From an uncultured Christensenella sp. (GTDB taxonomy: Bacteria; Bacillota; Clostridia; Christensenellales; Aristaeellaceae): 61,516 bases of DNA. The notes beneath the pieces are model-generated. The model was not told where the DNA came from. It was given only the letters and a program-made list of their open reading frames with translations, and searched no databases. Each line of letters opens with the position of its first letter. The first letter of the stretch is position 1. Position numbers and translations under genes: made by a program. Below, in pieces: positions 43,193 to 52,678 of the stretch. The stretch covers positions 1 through 61,516 of the forward strand of contig CAZHPW010000001.1 in NCBI GenBank assembly GCA_964534515.1. Reading direction: 5' to 3'.

Positions 43193-44014
43193 ATGGCGCA
43201 AGACAAACAAAAGAAACTGATGGTGGTGGGCGCGCACCCGGATGACTGCGAGCAGGTGGGCGGCCTGACCTTAAAGCTGAAAGACCTGGGCTGGGACATC
43301 CGCTTTCTGTCCGTGACCAACGGCTCCGGCGGCCACCAGGAGATGCCGGGCGCGGCGCTGGTGAAGCGCCGCCGCGCGGAGGCGGACAGGGTGGCGGCAC
43401 TCTTTGGGCTGACCTATGTGATATTGGAGCATGAGGACGGAAGGCTGGAAGCCGGCCTGCCCCAAAGGGAGAGCCTGCTAAAAGAAATCAGGGCCTATGA
43501 CCCGGACGTGCTCATCACCCACCGCCCCTTTGACTACCACCCCGACCATAGAAATACCTCTGTCCTGGTGCAGGACTGCGCCTACCTGTTGCAGGTGCCG
43601 GCCATCTGCCCCTTAGCCCCGGCGCTTAAAAGGATGCCCGCCATCTTCTACATGCAGGACGCCTTTCAAAAGCCCTGCGCCTTTTCCCCTGATTTGGTGT
43701 TTGACATCACGGACCGGGCGGAGGACAAGTTGCGCATGTACCACCAGCACACCTCCCAGATGTATGAGTGGCTGCCCTATGTGGACGGCGTGGACCTTAG
43801 TACCATTCCGGAAGACGAGGCAGCGCGCTTTGAATGGCTGCGCGGTACCCAGTTTTATACCAGAGATGAGGCCTTTGCCCGGATGTTTGGGGACGCCTGG
43901 GAAAAGAAATATGGCCGCGCGCCCCAGAATGACGCGCACTGCGAAGCGCTTGAAATCTGCGGCTATGGCCGCAGGCTGAGCGCGGACGAATTAAGGACGC
44001 TGTTCCCGTTTTAA
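43193..44014 (+). CDS. PIG-L/LmbE-family N-acetyl-sugar deacetylase
   Basis: ORF trimmed to ATG 43193 (AAGGAG upstream). Motifs VVGAHPDDCE and DYHPDHRNT (zinc site of the LmbE family). Confidence 0.85.
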   Translation: MAQDKQKKLMVVGAHPDDCEQVGGLTLKLKDLGWDIRFLSVTNGSGGHQEMPGAALVKRRRAEADRVAALFGLTYVILEHEDGRLEAGLPQRESLLKEIRAYDPDVLITHRPFDYHPDHRNTSVLVQDCAYLLQVPAICPLAPALKRMPAIFYMQDAFQKPCAFSPDLVFDITDRAEDKLRMYHQHTSQMYEWLPYVDGVDLSTIPEDEAARFEWLRGTQFYTRDEAFARMFGDAWEKKYGRAPQNDAHCEALEICGYGRRLSADELRTLFPF

Positions 44015-44042
44015 TATGATTTTGAACCTTCAGGAGAACTGA

Positions 44043-44999
44043 TTGATACAAGTCAACAACCTGAGCAAAACCTATGGGGAGAAGACCGCGGTCAACGCGG
44101 TCAGCTTTTCCCTGCAATCCGGTGAGATTGTGGGCCTCTTGGGCCTAAACGGCGCCGGCAAATCCACCACCATGAACATCTTAACCGGCTACCTGGCGCC
44201 TACCAGCGGGGAGGTCATCGTGGGCGGCTATGACATGATGAAAGAGCCGCTGAAAGCCAAGCAGCAAATCGGTTACCTGCCCGAATCGCCCGCCTTTTAC
44301 AGCGGGATGCGGGTTGATGAGTATTTGAACTTCATCTGTGACCTCAAGAAAATCCTGCCGGACAAAAAAGCCCGGCTGGAGCACCTGGATAAACTGTACA
44401 ACCAGGTCGGGCTGAGCGCGGTCAAGCGGCGGCTGATCCGCAACCTGTCCAAGGGCTACCGGCAAAGGGTGAGTTTCGCCCAGGCGCTGGTGGGCAAGCC
44501 CAAGGTGCTGATCCTGGATGAGCCCACGGTGGGCTTGGACCCCTCCCAGGTGGCCGACATCCGCACCCTCATCAAGGAGACGGGAAAGACTGCCACCGTG
44601 CTCATCTCCTCCCACATTTTGAGCGAAATCAGGGAGCTGTGTGAGCGGGTGCTCGTGTTAAAGGACGGCAAACTCATCGCGGATGACAACCCGGAGAACC
44701 TGGCCGCCCTCACCCGCAAGCCCCACCAGGTCAAAATCCGCGTCAAGGGCAAAAGGGAGCAGATTGCCGGCGCGCTGCAACAGCAAGACAAGTTAACAAG
44801 CATCACTTTCCTCACGGAGAGTGAGCCAGGCACCTGTGATTTTGCCGTGGAGGCGCAGCCGGGCACCGACGCGCGGGAGCTGGTCTTTTCTGCACTGGCC
44901 GACGCCGGGCTGCCGCTCTTGTACACCTATGGCTCGGAAGCCTCCCTGGAAGACATCTTCCTGCAATTGGTGAGGAGGCAAGATGACAGCGGTCTTTAA
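44043..44999 (+). CDS. ABC transporter ATP-binding protein (ABC-2/GldA-type)
   Basis: 318 aa. Walker A GLNGAGKSTT, LSKGYRQRVSFAQAL, LILDEPTVGLD. TTG start after AGGAGA. Confidence 0.9.
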   Translation: MIQVNNLSKTYGEKTAVNAVSFSLQSGEIVGLLGLNGAGKSTTMNILTGYLAPTSGEVIVGGYDMMKEPLKAKQQIGYLPESPAFYSGMRVDEYLNFICDLKKILPDKKARLEHLDKLYNQVGLSAVKRRLIRNLSKGYRQRVSFAQALVGKPKVLILDEPTVGLDPSQVADIRTLIKETGKTATVLISSHILSEIRELCERVLVLKDGKLIADDNPENLAALTRKPHQVKIRVKGKREQIAGALQQQDKLTSITFLTESEPGTCDFAVEAQPGTDARELVFSALADAGLPLLYTYGSEASLEDIFLQLVRRQDDSGL

Positions 45000-45687
45000 G
45001 CGTGAAATCCGCGCCTATTTCACCTCCGCCCTGGGCTACGTGTTCTGCGCGGTCATGGTGTTTTTCTCAGGCTATTATTTTTTGACCTACAACATCTACA
45101 CCGCCACCACCGATTTTTCCAGCCTCTTTACCCTGCTGTTCTCGGTGGTGCTGTTCATGGTGCCCATTTTGACCATGCGCTTAATGAGCGAGGACAAGCA
45201 GGCCAAAACCGACCAGGTGCTCTTGACCTCGCCCGTCTCCCGGCTGGGCATTGTGCTGGGCAAGTACTTCGCGGCGCTCTTGGTCTTTGTCCTGGCCATT
45301 TTAATCACCCTGGTCTTGGCCGTGGTGACTGAAATCATCGCTCAGGTGGATTGGCCGCTGTTCATCGGCCACTTTATCGGGCTCATATTGCTGGGCGCGT
45401 CGTTGATTGCCGTGTGCATGTTTTTGTCCGCGCTCACTGAAAGCCAGGTCATTTCGGCGCTGCTGGGCTTTGCGGTCTCGCTCTTCCTGTTTTTGATGGA
45501 TGCGCTGTCAAGCTTGGTGAGCCAGCCCTTCCTTAAAACGCTGTTTTACTATCTGTCCTTTAACAAGCGCTACGCGCCCTTTACCTATGGCATTCTGGAT
45601 GTGTCCAATGTCCTGTTCTTTGTGAGCATCGCCGCCTTCTTCCTCTTCCTGTCCACACTGACGCTTGAAAAGCGCCAGTGGTCTTAG
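44983..45687 (+). CDS. ABC-2-type permease (GldF-like)
   Basis: 234 aa, 6 TM. Overlaps the ATPase gene by 17 nt. Confidence 0.8.
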   Translation: MTAVFKREIRAYFTSALGYVFCAVMVFFSGYYFLTYNIYTATTDFSSLFTLLFSVVLFMVPILTMRLMSEDKQAKTDQVLLTSPVSRLGIVLGKYFAALLVFVLAILITLVLAVVTEIIAQVDWPLFIGHFIGLILLGASLIAVCMFLSALTESQVISALLGFAVSLFLFLMDALSSLVSQPFLKTLFYYLSFNKRYAPFTYGILDVSNVLFFVSIAAFFLFLSTLTLEKRQWS

Positions 45688-45697
45688 GGGGGTCAAG

Positions 45698-47149
45698 ATG
45701 AAAAACAAAGGCCTGCTCATCAATAAAATCCTCTTCATGGCGCTTTTGATCTTGGCGGTCATCAGCCTGTACCTGTTCAACATGGCGGCGCTCAAACTGT
45801 CCAACCGGCATAGTTTGTTTGTGGATTTGACGCAGAGCCGCGCCTACCAATTGGACGGGGAAAGCCTCCGCCTGCTGGGCGGCCTCACAACGCCGGTCAA
45901 CATTGATGTGCTGGCCACAGAAGACAGTTTTGACGGCAACCCCTACCTGCGCCAGGCCAGGCAGATTTTAAACCGCTATCCGGCCAGCAGTAAGCTTGTC
46001 ACCCTCAATTACATCGATTACCAGAAGGACCCATCCTTCGCCGCCCGCTACCCGGATTTGAGCCTGTCTCCCGGCAACATCCTGGTGACCTCTGGGAGCA
46101 GCCAGCGGCTGATGACTTTAAACGAGCTGTTCAACTACACTTATTCGGCCAACAGCGCCAATAACCAGGCGGTTGCCTCCTCCCGCGCGCAGGAGGCCAT
46201 TTCCTCCGCCATTTTGCAGGTGACCAGCGGGGTCAAGCCGCGCGCCGCCGTCCTGACCGGCGCGGGCACGGCCCAGGCCGCAAACTTTGTGTCCCTGCTG
46301 AAGGACAACAACTACCAGACCGCGGAGCAAAACATCGCAACGGATGATTTAACGCCCTTTGACGCGCTGCTGCTGCTCGCGCCCACGGTGGATTTGTCCG
46401 AGGACAGCTTAAAGAAGCTGGATGACTTCTTGTACAACGCCGGTCAGTACGGCAAGGTGCTGCTCTATTTTATGGACGCGTCCCAGCCCAAACTGCCCCG
46501 GATGGAAGCCTTCCTAAACGAATGGGGCACTCAGCCCCTGGACGGCGCGGTGTTTGAAACCCGCCAGGAGATGACCTACAGCCTGCAGCCCTTCTATCCA
46601 TTGGCGGAATATAGGGATGAAGAATTGACGGGCAAGCTGCGGGACAGGAGCATCCCCGTTCTGATGCCGCGCGCCAAGCCCTACGCCGTGCTGTTTTTGG
46701 CACGGGACCGCCAGCAAACCCGGGAACTGCTGGGCTTCTCTGAAACCTCCGGCGTGCGCCCCGGCCAGGCGGGCAGTGATTTTGTACCGGCGATGGCCGA
46801 CATCAAAGGGCCGCTTCCGGCCATGAGCCTGGCCTCCCGCGTGGTGAGGGACAATGAAACAGGCCAGACCTATGCCTCCCACCTGCTCATCGTCTCCTCC
46901 ACCGCCATGCTGGACGCGCAGCTGCTGCAAAACCCGCAGCTGGCCAACGGCGAGTACCTGATAAAAGCGCTGGAGACCGCCCTGGGGCAGAAGGACAGCG
47001 TTGTCATCCGCCCGGTTTCCCTGGCCTCCGCTGCCCTGCCGCTTAACTCACGCGCCGCCTCCATCCTAGGCATCCTCTTGGTAGGCGTGCTCCCGGGGCT
47101 GCTGCTCTTGGCGGGCATCGCGGTCTTCCTGTATCGGAGGTACCAATGA
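45698..47149 (+). CDS. GldG-like ABC transporter auxiliary protein (ABC-type uncharacterised transport system)
   Basis: ORF trimmed to ATG 45698. N- and C-terminal TM anchors flank a ~420-aa external domain, at the position typical of GldG after GldA/GldF-like genes. Confidence 0.7.
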   Translation: MKNKGLLINKILFMALLILAVISLYLFNMAALKLSNRHSLFVDLTQSRAYQLDGESLRLLGGLTTPVNIDVLATEDSFDGNPYLRQARQILNRYPASSKLVTLNYIDYQKDPSFAARYPDLSLSPGNILVTSGSSQRLMTLNELFNYTYSANSANNQAVASSRAQEAISSAILQVTSGVKPRAAVLTGAGTAQAANFVSLLKDNNYQTAEQNIATDDLTPFDALLLLAPTVDLSEDSLKKLDDFLYNAGQYGKVLLYFMDASQPKLPRMEAFLNEWGTQPLDGAVFETRQEMTYSLQPFYPLAEYRDEELTGKLRDRSIPVLMPRAKPYAVLFLARDRQQTRELLGFSETSGVRPGQAGSDFVPAMADIKGPLPAMSLASRVVRDNETGQTYASHLLIVSSTAMLDAQLLQNPQLANGEYLIKALETALGQKDSVVIRPVSLASAALPLNSRAASILGILLVGVLPGLLLLAGIAVFLYRRYQ

Positions 47150-48567
47150 ACCGGCGGCTGATGAAGATGACCCTTGTTTTTCTGGCGCTGAGCCTGGTTT
47201 TGGGCGGGCTCAACCTTTATATCTCGTCCACGGAAAAACTGCCCCTTGTCCCTGAGAGCCTGACCTTGATTGGCAAGGCGCCCACGGACATTGACCGCCT
47301 GGACATCATAAATGAGCACGGCAATTACAGCATTTATTATGACGAGGCCAACGGCGGCTATGTGATTGGCGATTTGCCCGCCGACCTGATTGACCTGGAC
47401 CGGTTTGTCAACTTCATGGTGGCGGTGTCCGAGCTCACCGCCTCTTCCAAGGCCGCGGACAAGGTGGCGGACGAGGCCGCCTACGGCCTTGATATGCCGG
47501 GGGCCAACGTCACCCTGACCTTCACGGACGGGCAGACAACAAGGCTTAAAATCGGCAAGCGAGAGACCGTGTCCGGGAATTACTACCTGAGCCTTGAAGG
47601 CAAAGAAGGCCTGTACACCCTGGGCCAAGCGCTGTCAGAAACCCTGCTTTCAGGGCAGGACAGCTTCCTGTCCCTCCAGGTCACCCCGCCGCTCACGGTG
47701 TCCAGCCCGCTCTCGGCCATTAAGGACGCGTCCTTTAACGGAAAGGCCTTCTTCGCGCCCTTTGACATCAAGGCCGTTTCCGGCGCTGACAGCGAGACCA
47801 AATTAAAAGCGCTCTCCTTTGGCACCGCCACCCACCTTTTGACCCTGAAGGGCACCCATGCCTTGGACCAGGAGGGCGGCATCCGCCTGATGGGCTCGCT
47901 CCTTGACATCAAGGCCATCCGGGTGATGGACTACGGCTTAAATGAAGAAAAACTGGCCAAGTATAAGTTTGATTCGCCGGACGCGCGGGTGGACTTTGTC
48001 TTAGCTGGCAGCGGGCAAGCAATCGGCCTCTCCCTGGCGCAAGCCGAAGGGGATACCTTTTACCTGAAGGAAGACGGCAAGGACGCCGTCTACCTGGTCA
48101 ACCGCCCGGCCTTCCTTGATATCCGGCCGGAGGAGTTGGTGCTGCGCTATATCACTAACCCCATGCTCTTGGACATCAAGGGCCTGAGCATCATCACGCC
48201 CGAAAACACCTATGACATCGCCTATGAGCGGCCAACCGGCACGGAAGGCGAGGCCCGGGTCAACGGCGAAACCGTCCCGGTCGTGCATTTCCACGCCTTT
48301 TACCGCCTCCTGACCTCTGCTGCCTCAGACGGCAGCCTGTATACCGGCGCGGCGCCCACCGGCGAGCCGGCGCTTTCTATCATTTACCGCTACAAAAACG
48401 AGAACAAGCCGGAGGATGTTTTGACCTTTTACCCCCTGGAAGCCCGGCGCATGGCGGTGTCCGTCAACGGCGTTACCGAACTTGTCATCAGGGACAGCTT
48501 TGTGTCCCGGGTGATTGAAGCCGCTGAAGACTTAAAAAACGGCGAGAGCATTGAGGAAGTCTGGTAA
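47146..48567 (+). CDS. Membrane-anchored DUF4340-like protein
   Basis: 473 aa. ATGA overlap with the GldG-like gene, one N-terminal TM, large external beta-rich body. The DUF4340 call rests on size, anchor and operon position and is not verified. Confidence 0.6.
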   Translation: MNRRLMKMTLVFLALSLVLGGLNLYISSTEKLPLVPESLTLIGKAPTDIDRLDIINEHGNYSIYYDEANGGYVIGDLPADLIDLDRFVNFMVAVSELTASSKAADKVADEAAYGLDMPGANVTLTFTDGQTTRLKIGKRETVSGNYYLSLEGKEGLYTLGQALSETLLSGQDSFLSLQVTPPLTVSSPLSAIKDASFNGKAFFAPFDIKAVSGADSETKLKALSFGTATHLLTLKGTHALDQEGGIRLMGSLLDIKAIRVMDYGLNEEKLAKYKFDSPDARVDFVLAGSGQAIGLSLAQAEGDTFYLKEDGKDAVYLVNRPAFLDIRPEELVLRYITNPMLLDIKGLSIITPENTYDIAYERPTGTEGEARVNGETVPVVHFHAFYRLLTSAASDGSLYTGAAPTGEPALSIIYRYKNENKPEDVLTFYPLEARRMAVSVNGVTELVIRDSFVSRVIEAAEDLKNGESIEEVW

Positions 48568-48586
48568 AGAAGAGAGGGACTGCTTT

Positions 48587-49708
48587 ATGAAGGACAGCAA
48601 ACTGGTCACCGCGGTCATTGGCGCGGGCATGATTGCCAACAAGGCCCACATCCCGGCCTACAAGAGCCTGTTTGAGCAGGTGAGCATGGAGGCGGTGTTT
48701 GACGCGCGGGAGGAAGCCGCGCTCCACACCGCGCAAGTGCATGACATCCCCTTTCATTACACGGACGCCGAGCGCATGCTCAGGGAAATAAAGCCCGATT
48801 TGGTGTCCGTCTGCACGCCCAATGTGTCCCACGCCGCCTTTGTGCGCCTGGCGCTGGAGATGGGCTGCAATGTGCTGTGCGAAAAGCCGCTGGCGATGAC
48901 CTGGAAAGAAACCAAGGCGCTGTATGACCTGGCCAGGGAGAAGGGCAAACTGCTCATGGCCTGCCAAACCCTGCGCTGCGGGGAGGAATACCTGGCCGCC
49001 AAGGAAATGGCGGACACCGGCATGCTGGGCGACATCTATTTTGCCGAGTTCGCGGCCATCAGGCGGCGGGGCATCCCCAAATGGGGTGTTTTCCACCGCA
49101 AGGAAGCAAACGGCGGCGGCGCCCTGTGCGACCTGGGCGTCCACCTGATTGACGCGGTGGTCTGGCTGATGGGCTCGCCCAAGTTTACCGCGGTGAGCGG
49201 TTTTACCGCCGCGCACATCGCCCAGCATGAGAGCCATGTCATCACCAGCATTGTGGAATCCGGCGCGCCTGCCGGGGTGACCAAGGCCATGCAGTACAGG
49301 CCGGAGGAGTTTGAGGTGGAGGAGTTCGCCGCCGGCACCCTGCACTTTGAAAACGATATCAACGTCAACTTCAAAACCTCCTGGGCCTTGAACCTGCCGC
49401 CGCAGTTTGGCCTGTCCATCGCCGGCACCAAGGCCGGGCTGACTCTGCCGGATTTGAAGTTTTACACCGTCATGGGCCGCTATCAGGCGGACATCGTGCC
49501 CCGGGTGTTCAAGGAAGGCCCGCACGTGAAGGAGCCCTTTGCCGGCCACTTCACCCTGATTAAAAACGCGGCGGACCACCTGCTAAATAAAACGCCCGTT
49601 TTGGTCACCCCGGAAGAGACCCTGACCGTGGCCGCCATCATTGACGCTTTTTACCTGTCCGCGGAGTTGAAACGAGAGGTCAAGGCGGAGGAGGTCACCC
49701 GGGGCTAA
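48587..49708 (+). CDS. Gfo/Idh/MocA-family oxidoreductase (second copy)
   Basis: ORF trimmed to ATG 48587. VTAVIGAGMIANKAHIPAY and VLCEKPLAMT motifs. Confidence 0.9.
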   Translation: MKDSKLVTAVIGAGMIANKAHIPAYKSLFEQVSMEAVFDAREEAALHTAQVHDIPFHYTDAERMLREIKPDLVSVCTPNVSHAAFVRLALEMGCNVLCEKPLAMTWKETKALYDLAREKGKLLMACQTLRCGEEYLAAKEMADTGMLGDIYFAEFAAIRRRGIPKWGVFHRKEANGGGALCDLGVHLIDAVVWLMGSPKFTAVSGFTAAHIAQHESHVITSIVESGAPAGVTKAMQYRPEEFEVEEFAAGTLHFENDINVNFKTSWALNLPPQFGLSIAGTKAGLTLPDLKFYTVMGRYQADIVPRVFKEGPHVKEPFAGHFTLIKNAADHLLNKTPVLVTPEETLTVAAIIDAFYLSAELKREVKAEEVTRG

Positions 49709-49779
49709 ACCGATGGGCGGCCTGAAGCGCGGCATCATTTTGCAGGCTCAAAAAGCTGACAAAACCTGCCTTGAACTGA

Positions 49780-49808
49780 TTGAAAAGAAACGGCGTCTGT
49801 GTTATGAT
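49780..49808 (+). promoter_or_regulatory. Candidate promoter of the PBP1-type sugar ABC operon
   Basis: TTGAAA (49780-49785), 17-nt spacer, TATGAT (49803-49808) preceded by TGT. Confidence 0.5.
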
Positions 49809-49881
49809 TCCCCTACACAGTTACAAAGAAGTTCGGAGCAGAAGCTCTGAAAATATTAAAAACCTTTAGGAGGAATGGTTC

Positions 49882-50952
49882 ATGAGGAAACTTGTCGCAC
49901 TGACCCTTGTCCTGGCGCTCATGCTGAGCCTGGCCGCCGTGTCTGTGGCCGCAGCCGAAGGCGAAGTCCGCAAATTGAAGCTGGCCAGCCACAACGCGGA
50001 AATCGAGGGCAACCCCTACCGCGTACGCTACGAACTGGATATTCAGGAGGCTGCCAAGGCTGCTTTGGAAAAGGGCTTTGACATCAGTTACTCCTCTTTC
50101 GTATCCAACTGGGACCCCGCCACTGAGACCCAGCAGCTGCAAAACTCCATCAACGAAGGCTATGACATCATCCTGGTCAACCCCGTCGCCTCCACCGGCC
50201 TTGACCCCATCATTGAAAAAGCCCAGGCCGCCGGCATCACCTACATCAACGTGGACGTGGAATATTTAAGCGAAGATGTCAATATCTTGAACATCACCAC
50301 CGACCAGTATTACCTGGGCTACAAGACCGCTTCCTACGCCGGCGAAGTGCTGGGTGAAGGCGCCAAGGTTGTGCTCATTTCCGCCATCGCGGGCAACTCC
50401 GCCAATGACTTCCGTGACGAAGGCTTCTTAAAGGGCGTTGAGGAGCAGGGCCTTGAAATCGTGGGCCGCTACAACCACAACTGGTCCAACACCGAGAGCC
50501 AGCAGATCATGACCGAAATCATCAACTCCGGCATGGAGTATGATGGCGTTCTGGTCTCCCAGTGCGCGGACGCCGCCCTGGCCGCCTTTGACACCACCGG
50601 CGCCCCCCTGCCCAAGTTTATCGGCTTTGGCGACACCGGCGAATTCATGCAGCGCGCCCTGAAAGCCAACGAGAACGGCTCTGAAATGCCCTACATCGTG
50701 GTATCCAACCCTCCCGGCGTGGGCGCCTCCGCGCTCAACTTCGGTATCAACCAGATTCTGGGCAAAGAGCTCAAGGATGATGTGTATGAGAACGGCAACA
50801 AAAAATACCACAGCATCTACCTGCCCAGCAAAATCTGGTACACCAACCAGAACCAGGAAGAATACCGCGCGATGGCCGAAGCCATGGAGCCCGGTGACAC
50901 CATCACCTACTGGCTGACCATTGATGAGGTTGCCGAAGGCTACTTCAAATAA
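49882..50952 (+). CDS. Sugar ABC substrate-binding protein (PBP type 1, ribose/galactose class)
   Basis: 356 aa, signal peptide MRKLVALTLVLALMLSLAAVSVAAA, RbsB/MglB-like periplasmic-binding fold pattern. Confidence 0.85.
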   Translation: MRKLVALTLVLALMLSLAAVSVAAAEGEVRKLKLASHNAEIEGNPYRVRYELDIQEAAKAALEKGFDISYSSFVSNWDPATETQQLQNSINEGYDIILVNPVASTGLDPIIEKAQAAGITYINVDVEYLSEDVNILNITTDQYYLGYKTASYAGEVLGEGAKVVLISAIAGNSANDFRDEGFLKGVEEQGLEIVGRYNHNWSNTESQQIMTEIINSGMEYDGVLVSQCADAALAAFDTTGAPLPKFIGFGDTGEFMQRALKANENGSEMPYIVVSNPPGVGASALNFGINQILGKELKDDVYENGNKKYHSIYLPSKIWYTNQNQEEYRAMAEAMEPGDTITYWLTIDEVAEGYFK

Positions 50953-50986
50953 GTTTCTAAGACTTCCTGACCCCATACGCTAAGCG

Positions 50987-51027
50987 CGCTTGGCCGGGCC
51001 GGTACAACCGCTCGGCCAAGCGTTTTT
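50987..51027 (+). terminator. Terminator/attenuator after the SBP gene
   Basis: 10-bp stem CGCTTGGCCG/CGGCCAAGCG, 16-nt loop, TTTTT. Confidence 0.65.
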
Positions 51028-51136
51028 ATAATCAAAGTTTGTTGTTCGCATTTATCTGTTCACTATTTCCCATTTTGCTCGAAAATTGAGTATAATCAGA
51101 CCCAGACCCGATATTCCTTTTGGAGGTATTTGACCC

Positions 51137-52678
51137 TTGATTGAAATGAGGGGCATTTTCAAACATTACGGCGCGGTGCAAGCCCTAAAGGGCGCCTCCC
51201 TGAGCATTCAGGCGGGCAAAATCACCGCCCTTTTGGGCAGCAACGGCTCTGGCAAGTCCACCCTGGTCAAGGTGCTGGCAGGCCTGGTCAACCCCAACGC
51301 CGGCAGCATCAAATTGGACGGCCGGGAGGTGGTCATCCGCTCGGGCAATGACGCCCAGGCGTTGGGCATCTCCACCGCCTTTCAGGATTTGAGCCTGGTA
51401 GGGATGATGACGGTTGAGGACAACCTGCTTTTGGGCAATGAGCCCAAAACCAAGACCGGCATGATAGACCGGGAGGAGAGCCGGAGAATCGTGGCCGATT
51501 TGATGGCGCGCTTTGCCATCCGCTGCTCGCCCCAGGACTATGTCCAATCCCTGCCGCCCTCCACCCAGAGCATGCTTGAAATCGCCAAGGCCGTTCACAG
51601 AAAGCCGCGCGTGCTGCTGTTGGACGAGGCAACCGCCGCCCTTCATATGGATGAGATTGAGGTTCTGTTTGATATTTTGCGCGGGCTGCGCGAGCAGGGC
51701 CTGTCCATCGTTTTTGTGACCCACCGGATGCATGAGGTCTTTGAGTTGTGTGACGAGGCCGTCATCATGCGCGGCGGCGAAACGGTCAAATCCGGCCCGG
51801 TGTCCGAGTTCTCCTTAGAGGACCTGGTGTATTACATGACCGGGCAGAGGATGGCAAGCCCCCAGACAAACAGCGCGGAACAGGACAAAGCCGCGTCCAA
51901 GGGCACGGCGGTCTTGGAGGTTAAAAACCTGAGCCTGCCGCCCCGGGTCAAGGACATTTCCCTGACTGCCCACGCCGGTGAAATCATCGGCATCGGCGGG
52001 CTGGAGGGCCAGGGCCAGGCTGCGTTTATGCGCGCAGTGCTGGGCGCCCAGCAAAAAGAAGGCGGCAGCATCCGCTTTTTGGGGCAGGAGGTGCACTACC
52101 GCCAGCCGGCTGAGGCGGTCAAAGCCGGCATGGGCTTTATTTCCGGCGAGCGCAACCGGGAAGCCATGTTCCCTGAGCGCACCATTGCTGAAAACATCTT
52201 CGCGGGGGAGGCCGCGGTTGGCCCGCGCTTCCGTTTCCTGCCCAAGAAAACCGTGCGCCGCTTCTCTGAGGACGCGGTCAAAACTTATCGCATCAAAATC
52301 GGCTCCTTAAAGGACGCCGCCAGCACCCTGTCCGGCGGCAACCAGCAAAAACTGGTCATCGCCCGCTGGATTGCCGTTGGGCCCAAACTGCTGCTGCTGG
52401 ATGACCCCACCAAGGGCGTTGACATCCACTCCCGCCATGAAATCCACCAGATTTTGCGCGAAAGCGCGGCCAAAGGCATGGCCGTCATCCTCTCCGCGTC
52501 CGACACGGATGAGCTGCTTGAAATCGCGGAGCGCATCTATGTGTTTTACGAGGGCCAGGTGTCGGGCGTATTGCAGGGCGAGAACAAGACCCAGGAGGCC
52601 ATGGTCGCTTTGATGATGGGCCTGGAGAATGACACAGCGGACAATGAGGCCGACAGCAGGAAGGAGGCGCAGGCATGA
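51137..52678 (+). CDS. Sugar ABC ATP-binding protein, duplicated ATPase (RbsA/MglA-type)
   Basis: 513 aa. First Walker A GSNGSGKST, second cassette with LSGGNQQKLVIARWI and LLLDDPTKGVD. TTG start 10 nt after GGAGG. Confidence 0.9.
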   Translation: MIEMRGIFKHYGAVQALKGASLSIQAGKITALLGSNGSGKSTLVKVLAGLVNPNAGSIKLDGREVVIRSGNDAQALGISTAFQDLSLVGMMTVEDNLLLGNEPKTKTGMIDREESRRIVADLMARFAIRCSPQDYVQSLPPSTQSMLEIAKAVHRKPRVLLLDEATAALHMDEIEVLFDILRGLREQGLSIVFVTHRMHEVFELCDEAVIMRGGETVKSGPVSEFSLEDLVYYMTGQRMASPQTNSAEQDKAASKGTAVLEVKNLSLPPRVKDISLTAHAGEIIGIGGLEGQGQAAFMRAVLGAQQKEGGSIRFLGQEVHYRQPAEAVKAGMGFISGERNREAMFPERTIAENIFAGEAAVGPRFRFLPKKTVRRFSEDAVKTYRIKIGSLKDAASTLSGGNQQKLVIARWIAVGPKLLLLDDPTKGVDIHSRHEIHQILRESAAKGMAVILSASDTDELLEIAERIYVFYEGQVSGVLQGENKTQEAMVALMMGLENDTADNEADSRKEAQA

